Origin: Candidatus Eiseniibacteriota bacterium
GTDB lineage: Bacteria > Eisenbacteria > RBG-16-71-46 > CAZAMP01
Assembly (NCBI GenBank): GCA_965224245.1
Contig: OZ245046.1
Span: forward strand, 5,248,001 to 5,312,000
Reading direction: 5' to 3'
DNA length: 64,000 nucleotides
Below, one piece after another: positions 1 through 9,692 of this stretch. The notes under the pieces were generated by a model that did not search any database, was not told the origin of the DNA, and saw nothing but the letters and a program-made list of their open reading frames with translations. The position numbers and the translations under genes were made by a program. Position 1 is the first letter of the stretch. Every line of letters begins with the position of its first letter.

Positions 1-42
1 GCCGTCGACGTGCATCCGGACACGCTCGGGAGGACGGGTCAC
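1..42 (-). CDS. N-terminal fragment of a probable small (2Fe-2S) subunit of D-hydroxyproline dehydrogenase (runs off the window edge)
   Basis: GTG at 42..40 overlaps the TGA of the upstream oxidase (GTGA coupling); reads VTRPPERVRMHVDG; operon context. Confidence 0.35.
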   Translation of the reverse strand, partial: MTRPPERVRMHVDG

Positions 43-1274
43 GTGTCACCTCGCGCCCGGGGCTCGACTGCGCGCGAGCCGTCGTCGACCGGCGGCCCAT
101 CGGACGGTGCTCGTCCGGGGGTCATGGGCCGGACGGGGTCGAACGGCGCGGCGTCGATCGCCGGGGTCGTGCCCGCGACGAGATCGGCGAGCAGTCGGCC
201 GGTCGCGAGCGCCGTGGTGATCCCCAGCCCTTCGTGACCGGCGGCGACCCACACACCCGGGAGCGCCGGCCACGCCCCGATCAGCGGAAGATTGTCCGGG
301 GTCGCCGGCCGGAACCCGACCCACGTACGGAGCACCGAGAGCCGGGCCAGATCGGGGATGAACTCGCACGCCCGCGCGAGCATGCGCGCACGCACGGCGG
401 GATTGATCCGCGTGTCCAGCCCCACGAACTCCCGCGACGAGCCGATCAAGAGCTGCCCCGTACGCCGGGGCTGCGTGTTGAAGGCCACCGACGCGGCCTC
501 CGATCCGTGCGCGCTGTCGAAGTACCCGAGCTCCATCACGTGGCGGCGCACGAAGCCGGGGTACCGATCGGTGATCACGAGATGCCCGCGTCGCGGTGTG
601 ATCGGAAGCGTCGGCATCAGCTCGGCCGCGCCGATTCCAGCGGCGTTCACGATCAGCTCGCACCCGAGGGATCGGCCGTCCGCGACGACGTGGCGCTCGC
701 CGATCGACGAGACGCGACCGGCCACCAGCGTCGCGCCGTCCTCGATCGCGCGTGCGAGCAACCACCTGACCACCGCCGGCGGGTACAGCACGCTGTCGCC
801 CGGCACGCGGAACCCGCCCGCCAGACCGGGTCGCAGGCGCGGCTCGGCCATGGCCAGCGCCCGCGCGCCGAGGAGCTCGGCCTCGACGCCCGCGGCCTCG
901 AGGCGAGCCACCTTCGCCTCGGCGATCGCCATCTCTCGCGCGGTCGAGGCCACCCAGAGCGTGCCACCGAAGTCGACCTCGCAGTCCTCGGGGAGCGAGG
1001 GGAGCACGTCGGCCCAGAGCTCGTTCGAGTAGCGAAGAAGTGCGAGCTCGACGTCGGTGTCGTCGAGAACGATCAGGTGGCCCTGCGATCGGGCGCTGAC
1101 GCCGCCCCCCGGCACGTCGCTCTCCAGGATACAGACCCGGCGTCCGTCGCGCAGGAGCTCCCGCGCGCAGGCGGCCCCGATGATGCCGGCCCCCACGACG
1201 ACGGCGTCCAGCGGTGGATCCAGCGACTCCACCGGTGTGCACGCGAGCCGATCGCGGGGCGGGCTCACCGTCAC
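39..1274 (-). CDS. FAD-dependent D-amino acid oxidase family protein, probable D-hydroxyproline dehydrogenase subunit
   Basis: GAGIIG Rossmann motif, GFRPATPD and GHEGLGIT C-terminal DAO motifs; GTG start overlaps the epimerase stop. Confidence 0.85.
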   Translation of the reverse strand: MTVSPPRDRLACTPVESLDPPLDAVVVGAGIIGAACARELLRDGRRVCILESDVPGGGVSARSQGHLIVLDDTDVELALLRYSNELWADVLPSLPEDCEVDFGGTLWVASTAREMAIAEAKVARLEAAGVEAELLGARALAMAEPRLRPGLAGGFRVPGDSVLYPPAVVRWLLARAIEDGATLVAGRVSSIGERHVVADGRSLGCELIVNAAGIGAAELMPTLPITPRRGHLVITDRYPGFVRRHVMELGYFDSAHGSEAASVAFNTQPRRTGQLLIGSSREFVGLDTRINPAVRARMLARACEFIPDLARLSVLRTWVGFRPATPDNLPLIGAWPALPGVWVAAGHEGLGITTALATGRLLADLVAGTTPAIDAAPFDPVRPMTPGRAPSDGPPVDDGSRAVEPRARGDT

Positions 1275-2218
1275 CTCGCCGTGAACCCGAACCGGTGTCG
1301 ATCGGCCGGATCGAACAGGAGCGAGCTTCGAGCCACGACGAACGCACTGCCGCTGATGAACGGGACCAGCTCGCCGTCGATCTCCTCCAGCCAGCCGGTG
1401 AACCGGCCCTTCGTGATGCTCCGCTGCGTCCAGCGCTGACCGGGCTGAAGAAGTCCCCGGGCGTGGAGCACGGCGAGCTTCGCCGAGGTGCCGGTTCCAC
1501 ACGGCGATCGGTCGTACTCGCCCCCCGGACACAGGACGAAGTTGCACGCGTCGACGCCCGGCTCGTCGCCGTGCGCGGACAGCTCCACGTGATCGATCTC
1601 GGCCCCCCCGGCGCCGGTGATGCCCTCGCGCGCGAGTGCGGTCAGGATCGCCCGGGTGACGTCGAGAAGCTGATCGACGTTCCGCAGGGAGAGCTCTCCC
1701 GCGTAGTCGGTGATGAAGAACCAGTTCCCACCGTAGGCGACATCGCCGGTGACGGTGCCGATGCCCGGGACGTCGACGCTCACGTCCTGTCGGAACGCGT
1801 GAGCGGCCACGTTTCGAATCGTGACCTTGCCGTCGAGCGCGCAGCGCGCGGTGACGGTGCCCACCGGGGTGTCGATCCGGACGTCGCCGGAGACGACGCG
1901 ACCGAGGTGGATCAGCGTGGCCGCCACGCCGATCGTCCCGTGCCCGCACATCCCGAGGTACCCGACGTTGTTGAAGAACACCACGCCGCACTCGGCGCCC
2001 GGGGTGACGGGGTCGGTGAGCAGGGCGCCGACCATGGCGTCGTGCCCGCGCGGCTCGCAGGTGACGGCCTTTCGCAGATGGTCCTGGTGGCGCCGCATGT
2101 AGGCGAGTCGCGCCGCCATCGTGTCGCCCTCGGGCTGCGGCCAGCCTCCCACCACGACGCGCGTCGGCTCACCTTCGGTATGCGAGTCGATGACGCCGAT
2201 CGCCTCGGGAAACCGCAT
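1271..2218 (-). CDS. 4-hydroxyproline 2-epimerase (proline racemase family)
   Basis: DSHTEGEP, MCGH and DRSPCGTG catalytic Cys pair; EPRGHDAMVG has Val (epimerase type) where proline racemases have Phe. Confidence 0.9.
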   Translation of the reverse strand: MRFPEAIGVIDSHTEGEPTRVVVGGWPQPEGDTMAARLAYMRRHQDHLRKAVTCEPRGHDAMVGALLTDPVTPGAECGVVFFNNVGYLGMCGHGTIGVAATLIHLGRVVSGDVRIDTPVGTVTARCALDGKVTIRNVAAHAFRQDVSVDVPGIGTVTGDVAYGGNWFFITDYAGELSLRNVDQLLDVTRAILTALAREGITGAGGAEIDHVELSAHGDEPGVDACNFVLCPGGEYDRSPCGTGTSAKLAVLHARGLLQPGQRWTQRSITKGRFTGWLEEIDGELVPFISGSAFVVARSSLLFDPADRHRFGFTAR

Positions 2219-2221
2219 CGC

Positions 2222-3664
2222 TCATGCACCCATCTGGACGGTCTTGATCTCGGTGTAGAAGTCCCGGGCCACGCGGCCCTGCTCACGCGTGCCGGAGCTG
2301 GACCCCTTCATGCCGCCGAACGGCGCGTGGGGGTCGACGCCCGTGGTGTCGCCGTTCACCCGCACGAGCCCGACCTCGATCTCGTCGACGTAGCGGAGGG
2401 CCGCACCGATGTCGCGGGTGAAGATCGAGGCGCTGAGTCCGTAGGGCGTGTCGTTGGCCACCGCGAACGCATCGTCGAGATCGTCCACGGGAAACGTGGC
2501 CAGAACCGGACCGAACAGCTCCTGCCGAGCGATCTCGGAGTCGTGGGGGACGTCGGCCACGACGGTCGGCGTCACGAACCACCCGTGGCGCAGCTCCCCG
2601 TCCTCGGCGACCGATCCACCGCAGGCGATCCGGCCCGAGGTGGCCGCTATCGCCCCGAGCACGCGATCGCGGGCGGTCTCGGTGATCAGCGGACCGACCA
2701 GCGCTTCCGTGTCGGTGACCGGTCCCAGCGTCATCGACCCGCACGCGGCGACGAGCTTCTCGATGAACGCGTCGTGGACCGACGCCGCGACCACGGCGCG
2801 ACTGGTGGCCGTGCACTTCTGGCCCCCGAACCGCATGGCCCCGGCCGTGGTCAGCGCCGCCGCCCGGTCGAGGTCGGCGTCCTCCAGCACGATCACGACG
2901 TTCTTGCCGCCCATCTCGGTCTGATACGGGATGTTCCGGCTCGAAGCGATCTCGGCCACCCGTGCGCCGGCACGCGTCGAGCCCGTGAAGCTGACCCCAC
3001 GCACGATCTCGTTTCCGACCAGCGCCTCTCCGGCCACGGGTCCCACGCCGTGGACGACGTTGAAGGCGCCCTCCGGAACGCCCGCAATCGACGCCGACTC
3101 CGCGAGCATCTGGGCCACGTGCGCGGAGTGCTCCGACGGCTTCAGCACCACGGTGTTGCCGAATGCCATGGCGGGGGCCGCCTTCCACAGCGGGATGGCG
3201 ATCGGAAAGTTCCAGGGGGTGATGAGCCCGACGACACCCAGCGGCTGCCGGACCGTGAACTGGAGCGTGTCCCGGAAGCCGGCCGGGATGACCTCCCCGA
3301 CCTCGCGCACCGCCTCCCCGGCGTAGTACCGCAGAATGACGACGGCCCGGGCGACCTCGCCCCGCGCCTCGACGATCGGCTTGCCGACCTCGCGGACGAT
3401 GGCGCGCACGAAGTCCTCGGCCCGGTTGTCGATGACGTCGCTCCACTTCTGCAGTGCGGCCGCGCGCTCGGCGCCCGTCCTGCGACGCCACCCCTCGAGT
3501 GCCTGTCGTGCCGATGCGCAGGCCGCGGACACGTCCTCGGGCGAGCCGACGGGAACCTCGGCCACGACGTCGTCGCGTCGAGACGGATTGATCGAGGGGA
3601 TCATGTCGTCCGAACGACTGTCGACGAAGCCGCCGGATACGTACTGGGAGAGTCGGGTTGTCAT
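2222..3664 (-). CDS. Aldehyde dehydrogenase, probable alpha-ketoglutarate semialdehyde dehydrogenase
   Basis: ITPWNFP, FTGS, EMGGKN, GQKCTA, ELFGP, PFGG motifs; first gene of the hydroxyproline operon. Confidence 0.88.
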   Translation of the reverse strand: MTTRLSQYVSGGFVDSRSDDMIPSINPSRRDDVVAEVPVGSPEDVSAACASARQALEGWRRRTGAERAAALQKWSDVIDNRAEDFVRAIVREVGKPIVEARGEVARAVVILRYYAGEAVREVGEVIPAGFRDTLQFTVRQPLGVVGLITPWNFPIAIPLWKAAPAMAFGNTVVLKPSEHSAHVAQMLAESASIAGVPEGAFNVVHGVGPVAGEALVGNEIVRGVSFTGSTRAGARVAEIASSRNIPYQTEMGGKNVVIVLEDADLDRAAALTTAGAMRFGGQKCTATSRAVVAASVHDAFIEKLVAACGSMTLGPVTDTEALVGPLITETARDRVLGAIAATSGRIACGGSVAEDGELRHGWFVTPTVVADVPHDSEIARQELFGPVLATFPVDDLDDAFAVANDTPYGLSASIFTRDIGAALRYVDEIEVGLVRVNGDTTGVDPHAPFGGMKGSSSGTREQGRVARDFYTEIKTVQMGA

Positions 3665-3886
3665 CGTCGTTCCCTGCCGCGCCCCGGCGCGGTCGCGTTG
3701 AGGCGGGACATGACCCGCCGAGCTCGAGGTTCTTTGGAAGTCGACCAGTGTATCGCGTCCCGGTCCCGGGTCGCGACATCAAAGCCGGGGACGTGCGCGC
3801 GCCTTTGCTTGCCAAGCGCGTCTCGAACCCCCAGGCTTGGACGGATCTCACACGGTTCGGGACGACGTCGAAACGAGGATCCAATC

Positions 3887-4915
3887 ATGAGATACCGTCT
3901 TCTCGGCTCCAGCGGACTCCGTGTCTCGGAGCTCTGCCTTGGCACGATGACGTTCGGCGAAGACTGGGGCTGGGGTGCGTCGAAGGCCGAGAGCCGCGAG
4001 ATCTTCGACACGTTCGTGCAGGCCGGCGGCAACTTCATCGACACGGCCAATCTGTACACGAACGGCAGCAGCGAGGCGTTCCTCGGCGAGTTCATCCAGT
4101 CCGAGCGCGAGCGGATCGTGCTGGCGACGAAGTACTCGCTCACCACTCGCGCCGACGACCCGAACGGCGGCGGCAACAGCCGGAAGAACATGATCCAGTC
4201 GGTGGAGGCGAGCCTCGAACGACTCGACACGCCATACATCGATCTGTTCTGGCTGCACGCGTGGGACGGCATGACGCCGATCGAGGAGGTGATGCGGGGG
4301 CTCGACGATCTGGTCCGCGCGGGCAAGATCATGTACGTGGGGCTCTCCGACACGCCCGCCTGGGTCGTGTCACGGGCCCATCTGCTCGCGCAGCTACGCG
4401 GGTGGGCGCCGATCGTGGCGCTGCAGGCGCCGTACAGCCTGGTACGCCGCGACGTCGAGCGAGAGCTGCTGCCGATGGCGAAGGCGCTCGACATCGCCGT
4501 CACCCCGTGGGGCCTCCTGGCCGGCGGCGTTCTCAGCGGCAAGTACGATGACGACGACGCATCGCCGAAGCGGTACGAGAAGGCCGACGTGAAGCCGGCT
4601 CGCCTGGAGATGGCCCGCACGCTCGGGCGTGTCGCCTCCGAGGTCGGCTGCACGGCCGCGCAGCTCGCAATCGCGTGGGTGCTGCACCAGCAGCACCGGG
4701 CCGAGATCCTGCCGATCCTGGGGGCCCGCACGACCGAGCAGCTGGAGGGGCTCCTCGCGTGCCCCGACATCGATCTCACCGAGGATCAGATCGCGACCCT
4801 GGAGGCCGCCTCCGGATTCGAGCCGGGCTTCCCCACCGATTTCCTGAGCACCGACAACATCCGGGGCCTCTTGAACGGGGAGAACGCCGACAACGTGTTC
4901 AACCACCGTGAGTGA
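3887..4915 (+). CDS. Aldo/keto reductase
   Basis: MRYRLLGSSGLRVSELCLGTMTFG, IDTANLY, LATK, IDLFWLH; GAGGA RBS upstream. Confidence 0.93.
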   Translation: MRYRLLGSSGLRVSELCLGTMTFGEDWGWGASKAESREIFDTFVQAGGNFIDTANLYTNGSSEAFLGEFIQSERERIVLATKYSLTTRADDPNGGGNSRKNMIQSVEASLERLDTPYIDLFWLHAWDGMTPIEEVMRGLDDLVRAGKIMYVGLSDTPAWVVSRAHLLAQLRGWAPIVALQAPYSLVRRDVERELLPMAKALDIAVTPWGLLAGGVLSGKYDDDDASPKRYEKADVKPARLEMARTLGRVASEVGCTAAQLAIAWVLHQQHRAEILPILGARTTEQLEGLLACPDIDLTEDQIATLEAASGFEPGFPTDFLSTDNIRGLLNGENADNVFNHRE

Positions 4916-6467
4916 CGCGAGCATCCCGCTCCTCGTCCGGGCCGATGCCCGGCGCGTCCGCGATCGTCTCGCGATGTCGTGCGCGAGCTCGGACTATCGG
5001 ACCGTCTCGTATACCGAGCTGTGTGAGAGATCGTCGCGTCTCGCGGTCGAGATTCTCGACGGCGTGTCCGATCTCGGCGAGGCTCCGGTGGCGTACGCGT
5101 GCCCGTCGCATCCCCGCACCGTGATCGCGCAGTGGGCAATCTGGCGCGCGGGCGGCATCGCCGTCCCGCTGGCGCCCTCGCATCCTCCGAGAGAGCTGGC
5201 GTACACGCTAGCCGACTCGGGGGCCCGGATCGTCCTCTGCGATCGCGCGCTACGGGATCGGCTCCCGCAGGCGGAGATCGACCCCACCGTCCGGCTGATC
5301 GACGTCGACGGGAGCCCTGCCGCGGGGTCAGCCGTCCCGTCTCCTCCGGGACTGCCCGACGTCGTCGAGTCCCGGGGCGCGCTTCTTCTGTACACCAGCG
5401 GCACGACCCATCACCCCAAGGGCGTCTTGATCACCCACGCGAACGTGGCCGCGCAGATCGCGTCGCTCGTGGACGCGTGGGGCTGGCGGGAGGACGATCA
5501 CATTCTGTCGTTCCTGCCCCTTCACCACGTGCACGGGCTGGTCAACGTCGTCAGCTGCGCGCTCTGGTCCGGCGCCCGCATCACGTTCATGCCCGCGTTC
5601 GATGCCGCGCGCGTATGGGAACACGTCGCGTCGTCCGAGCTGACGCTGTTCATGGCCGTTCCGACGATCTATCACCGGCTCGCGACGACGTGGGACGAGC
5701 TCCCGGCCGACGTGCGGGACGCGGCCCGACGCGGCTGCGAACGGATGCGTCTGATGGTATCCGGATCGGCGGCTCTCCCGGTGAGCCTCCTCGAGCGCTG
5801 GCGCCGGATCACCGGTCACGTGCTCCTCGAGCGCTACGGCATGACGGAGATCGGGATGGCGCTGTCGAATCCGCTGGAAGGGCCTCGCGTGCCCGGATAC
5901 GTCGGCCGTCCGCTCCCCGGGGTGTCGGTGCGTCTGGTCGACGATCGGGGTGACGACGTTCCCGACGACGAGCCGGGCGAGATTCGCGTGAAGGGGCCCA
6001 CGGTCTTCGAACGCTACTGGCGCCGACCCGACGCCACCGGTGACGCGTTCGACGGTGACTGGTTCCGGACCGGCGACGTCGCCGTGCGCGACGCCGTCGG
6101 CTATCGCATCCTCGGTCGTCGCGACGTCGACATCATCAAGACCGGCGGCTACAAGGTCTCGGCGCTCGAGATCGAGAGCGTGCTCCTGGAGCATCCGCGG
6201 GTGGGGGAGTGTGCCGTGGTCGGCATCCCCGACGCGGAGTGGGGTGAGGTCGTCGCGGCCGCGATCGTGGTGCGATCGCCCTCGACCGATACAGACGACG
6301 AGATCGTGGACGCCGACGCGCTTCGCGCCTGGGCGAAGACCCGGCTGGCCGCGTACAAGGTGCCGGCCAGGCTCGTGGTCGTCTCCGACCTGCCACGAAA
6401 CGCCCTCGGGAAGGTCCAGAAGCCGCGCCTCGCGTCGCAGATGCGCGGAACGGGCAGCGTGACCTGA
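4908..6467 (+). CDS. Acyl-CoA synthetase (malonyl-CoA synthetase/ACSF3-like)
   Basis: YTSGTTHHPKG AMP-binding motif, ERYGMTE, FRTGD, PRNALGKVQK. Confidence 0.9.
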   Translation: MSDASIPLLVRADARRVRDRLAMSCASSDYRTVSYTELCERSSRLAVEILDGVSDLGEAPVAYACPSHPRTVIAQWAIWRAGGIAVPLAPSHPPRELAYTLADSGARIVLCDRALRDRLPQAEIDPTVRLIDVDGSPAAGSAVPSPPGLPDVVESRGALLLYTSGTTHHPKGVLITHANVAAQIASLVDAWGWREDDHILSFLPLHHVHGLVNVVSCALWSGARITFMPAFDAARVWEHVASSELTLFMAVPTIYHRLATTWDELPADVRDAARRGCERMRLMVSGSAALPVSLLERWRRITGHVLLERYGMTEIGMALSNPLEGPRVPGYVGRPLPGVSVRLVDDRGDDVPDDEPGEIRVKGPTVFERYWRRPDATGDAFDGDWFRTGDVAVRDAVGYRILGRRDVDIIKTGGYKVSALEIESVLLEHPRVGECAVVGIPDAEWGEVVAAAIVVRSPSTDTDDEIVDADALRAWAKTRLAAYKVPARLVVVSDLPRNALGKVQKPRLASQMRGTGSVT

Positions 6468-6626
6468 TTCCCCGGAGACGTGCTTGGAGCCCCGAACCTT
6501 CCCATCGTATAGTGCCGAAAGACCCGTGCGAGACGCCCCGTGCGAGATGCCGCGGTGCGACGGCCGGCCCACGCCATCGTCGTCGATCCGCGCTCGCGCG
6601 CGACTTCCCCCGGTCGAGGTGTGCCC

Positions 6627-7310
6627 ATGTCACTCGAAGACCACCTCCCGTCGGACGAGCGAGACGGTCTCGAGCCGGGTGCCGAGCTCGACGCGGCGAG
6701 TGCAGAGGGCGACACCGGCGATCCCGCGGGGCTCGGAGACGAGCCGGCGGACGGGGCGACCGACGCCGGACACGGCTGGGTTCCTTCGGACCTGGTCGAT
6801 CGCGTGTACGAGGACCTGCGTGAGATCGCGGGTCGTTTCCTGAAGCGCGAACGGGTCGATCACACGCTCCAACCGACCGCGCTGGTGCATGAGGCGTATC
6901 TCCGACTCTCCCGCCAGGATCAAGCTCGGTGGCGATCCCCGAGCCAGTTCAAGGCCCTGTCGGCAAGCGAGATGTATCGCGTGCTCGTGGACTACGGGCG
7001 TGCGAAGAAGGCCGCCAAGCGGGGAGGCGATCGCGTCCGCATCCCCCTCTCGGACGACCTCTCACTCACTCGTCACGGCAACCTGGAGTTCGAAACGTTG
7101 AACCAAGCACTGGAGCGACTGCACGATCTCGATCAGGAATGCCACATCATCATCGTGCAGCACTACTTCGGTGGCATGACGTATCCCGAGATCGCGTCTC
7201 TGATCGGACGATCGGAGGGCTGGGTTCGAAAGCGTGCCACGTGGGCCCGCGCGTGGCTGAGGGATCAGATGGACGACAACCTGTGGGCCGAAGAGCGGGC
7301 CTCGACGTAG
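6627..7310 (+). CDS. ECF sigma factor, kinase-associated type (LQPTALVHEAYLRL family)
   Basis: HTLQPTALVHEAYLRL, KRGG and region-4 helix-turn-helix; acidic N-terminal extension; GAGG RBS. Confidence 0.88.
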   Translation: MSLEDHLPSDERDGLEPGAELDAASAEGDTGDPAGLGDEPADGATDAGHGWVPSDLVDRVYEDLREIAGRFLKRERVDHTLQPTALVHEAYLRLSRQDQARWRSPSQFKALSASEMYRVLVDYGRAKKAAKRGGDRVRIPLSDDLSLTRHGNLEFETLNQALERLHDLDQECHIIIVQHYFGGMTYPEIASLIGRSEGWVRKRATWARAWLRDQMDDNLWAEERAST

Positions 7311-7335
7311 CCGCTGCGTCGATCAGATCGATCAA

Positions 7336-9603
7336 TCACTGTCGGCGTCGCGTCGGGCGAGCCCGGGCGGCGCCGATCTCATGATGCGCCCGAGGCGCGC
7401 CGGCCACGGTGGGCACCTCACGGCGAACGGACACCCACGTTGCCTTGAACGCCGGGGTCCGCGAGACCGGATCCACGCGTCGCGAGACGAGAACGTTCGC
7501 TTCCGGGTAGTACATGATCACGTTGCCCTCCCGCACGTCGAAGACGCGGACGCGAACGTCGCGGAGACATCCGGTCTCGCTCTCGACGGTGACGACGTCG
7601 TCCTCCCCGAGCGACCGGGCCGCCATGTCGCCCGCGCTCATCAGGATCACGTCGCGCCGCTCCTGGCCCCGGTAGAGATCCTCCTCCTCGTACACGACGG
7701 TGTTGAACTGCCCTTCCGAACGGACCGTCATGAGCCGCAGGGAGAAGCGCTCCTCGCACGGACGCGTGGGCTCGGGGATGGCATGTGGATGCAGGCGGGC
7801 GCGCCCGCTCGGAGTACGGAAGCGAGGCGCGTGAAGGATGCGCCCGGGAATGTGGAACTCCCGCCCGTCGCGCCCGATGGACGCCATCTCGCCGAGATCG
7901 GGAATGACGCGGGCGATGAGCTGGCGAACCTCCTCTGCGTCGCCCAGCGCCTGCCAGTCCACGGGCGAGTCGGGATGGTGTGAACGCGTCGTGCGCGCCG
8001 CGAGATCCGCGACGACCTGAACCTCGCCTCGGGGTCCCTCGTGTCGCGGACGTCCTCCGCTGCTGAGCCGGACGAAGTTGAACATCGACTCCTGCGTGGT
8101 CGCGTACGGCTCCTCGTCGCGGGCCAGGACCGGGAGGATGATCGTGTCCTCGCCCGTGCCGTGGGCATGACCCGTGTTGAGCGTCGTGGACAGGTACACG
8201 AGCGTTCCCACGCGCCCGAGCGCGCGCGCGGCGAACGTCGAGTCGGGGTTCGAGCCGTAGAGGTTCCCGCCGAGCGCGATGCCCACGCGCATCTCGCCGG
8301 CAGCCGCGGACTCCATGCACGCCATCGTGTCGCGGCCGGGCGTGGACGGGGGCGTCACCCCCGCACCGGCCAGACGATCCATGACGGCCTTGGCCAGCGC
8401 CGGCTTCGCACCCACCGTCCCGATCCCCTGCACGTTGCTGTGGCCGCGAATGGGCAGGAGCCCGGCATACGGTCGCCCCACCATCCCGCGGAGAAGGGCC
8501 AGGTTCGCGATCCACTGCACGTTCTCCACACCGTGTGCGTGATGCGTGATTCCCATGGTCCAGGCGAAGATCACACGCTCCGCCCGGAGGTAGCGATCGG
8601 CGATGGCATCGATGGCCTCACGAGAGACGCCCGAGCGCTCGAGGATGTCGTCCCACGACGCGGCCTCGATGTGGGCCCGGAACGCCTCCCATCCCTCGGT
8701 GGCGCGGTCGACGAAGTCGCGGTCTACCTCACCCCGCGCCAGAAGGGTCTTCGCGACGCCGGTCATCCACGCGATGTCGCCGCCGATGTGCGGCTGCACG
8801 TAGAGGCCGGCGATCTCGGTTCCGGTGAGCAGGCTTCGGAGATCCGACGGCACCCGGAAGCGGAGAAGCCCGAGCTCCTTCGCCGGGTTCACGACGACGA
8901 CCTCCCCGCCGCGCCGGCGAAGCCGTACGAGCTGCGACATCAGGCGCGGGTGGTTCGAGGCCGGATTGCCACCGATGAGCACGAAGAGGTCCGCCTTTTC
9001 GACGTCGGACAGCTCCACCGTGGCGGTGCCGGTCCCGATCGACTGCTGGAGGCCGGCGCCCGACGCCTGGTGACAGTAGTACGAGCAGTTGTTGACGTTG
9101 TTGGTGCCGATCGCCCGCGCGAAGAGCTGCAGGAGGAACGCGGCCTCGTTCGACGAGCGACCGCTGAAGTAGAAGAAGATCTCGTCGGGCGGCGCCTCGC
9201 GCAGGGTGCTCGCGACGTCGTAGAGCACCGAGTCCCAGGTGGCCGGCTCGTAGTGAGTGGCCCCGGGGCGCGCGCGAAGCGGGGTCACGAGCCGGCCCGC
9301 GTGCTCGAGCTGTCGCGGCGTCATGTGCCGGAGGTCGGCGATCGACGTGGTACGGAAGAACGCGTCGGGGATCGCGTCCTGCATGTCGGCGGCCATCGCC
9401 TGGAGCGACTTCTTGCACACCTCGGGGAAATGGCCCGACTCGTTGACCATGCCGCCGCGCTGTCCCCCCATGCCGAGCGCGCAGGTCTTGCACGTGTTCC
9501 TCGATCGCATCGCGCGCCAGAGGCGGATCCATCCGACCCGTCTCGCCATCGACGCGGTGTAGGCGATCGCGGGCCATCCGCCGCCCGCGGTGAGCTTCGG
9601 CAC
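7336..9603 (-). CDS. FdhF/YdeP-family molybdopterin oxidoreductase
   Basis: GGGW start, CKTC...C, SGRSSNE, NNCSYYCH, RGHSNVQG, TVRSEGQFNT; AAGGAG RBS before GTG 9603. Confidence 0.9.
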   Translation of the reverse strand: MPKLTAGGGWPAIAYTASMARRVGWIRLWRAMRSRNTCKTCALGMGGQRGGMVNESGHFPEVCKKSLQAMAADMQDAIPDAFFRTTSIADLRHMTPRQLEHAGRLVTPLRARPGATHYEPATWDSVLYDVASTLREAPPDEIFFYFSGRSSNEAAFLLQLFARAIGTNNVNNCSYYCHQASGAGLQQSIGTGTATVELSDVEKADLFVLIGGNPASNHPRLMSQLVRLRRRGGEVVVVNPAKELGLLRFRVPSDLRSLLTGTEIAGLYVQPHIGGDIAWMTGVAKTLLARGEVDRDFVDRATEGWEAFRAHIEAASWDDILERSGVSREAIDAIADRYLRAERVIFAWTMGITHHAHGVENVQWIANLALLRGMVGRPYAGLLPIRGHSNVQGIGTVGAKPALAKAVMDRLAGAGVTPPSTPGRDTMACMESAAAGEMRVGIALGGNLYGSNPDSTFAARALGRVGTLVYLSTTLNTGHAHGTGEDTIILPVLARDEEPYATTQESMFNFVRLSSGGRPRHEGPRGEVQVVADLAARTTRSHHPDSPVDWQALGDAEEVRQLIARVIPDLGEMASIGRDGREFHIPGRILHAPRFRTPSGRARLHPHAIPEPTRPCEERFSLRLMTVRSEGQFNTVVYEEEDLYRGQERRDVILMSAGDMAARSLGEDDVVTVESETGCLRDVRVRVFDVREGNVIMYYPEANVLVSRRVDPVSRTPAFKATWVSVRREVPTVAGAPRAHHEIGAARARPTRRRQ

Positions 9604-9692
9604 GTGGGCTCCTTTCTCGCGCCGGCTCCACGACGCGGGCGACGCCGCGGCGACGGGGTCGATGTCGACGGCGCCGTGCGGGCCGCCGGACC

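Noticed and set aside
1214-3886. 1233-aa ORF as a giant aldo/keto reductase fusion
   Set aside because: The upstream part is the antisense shadow of the ALDH and epimerase genes; the real gene starts at ATG 3887 with an RBS
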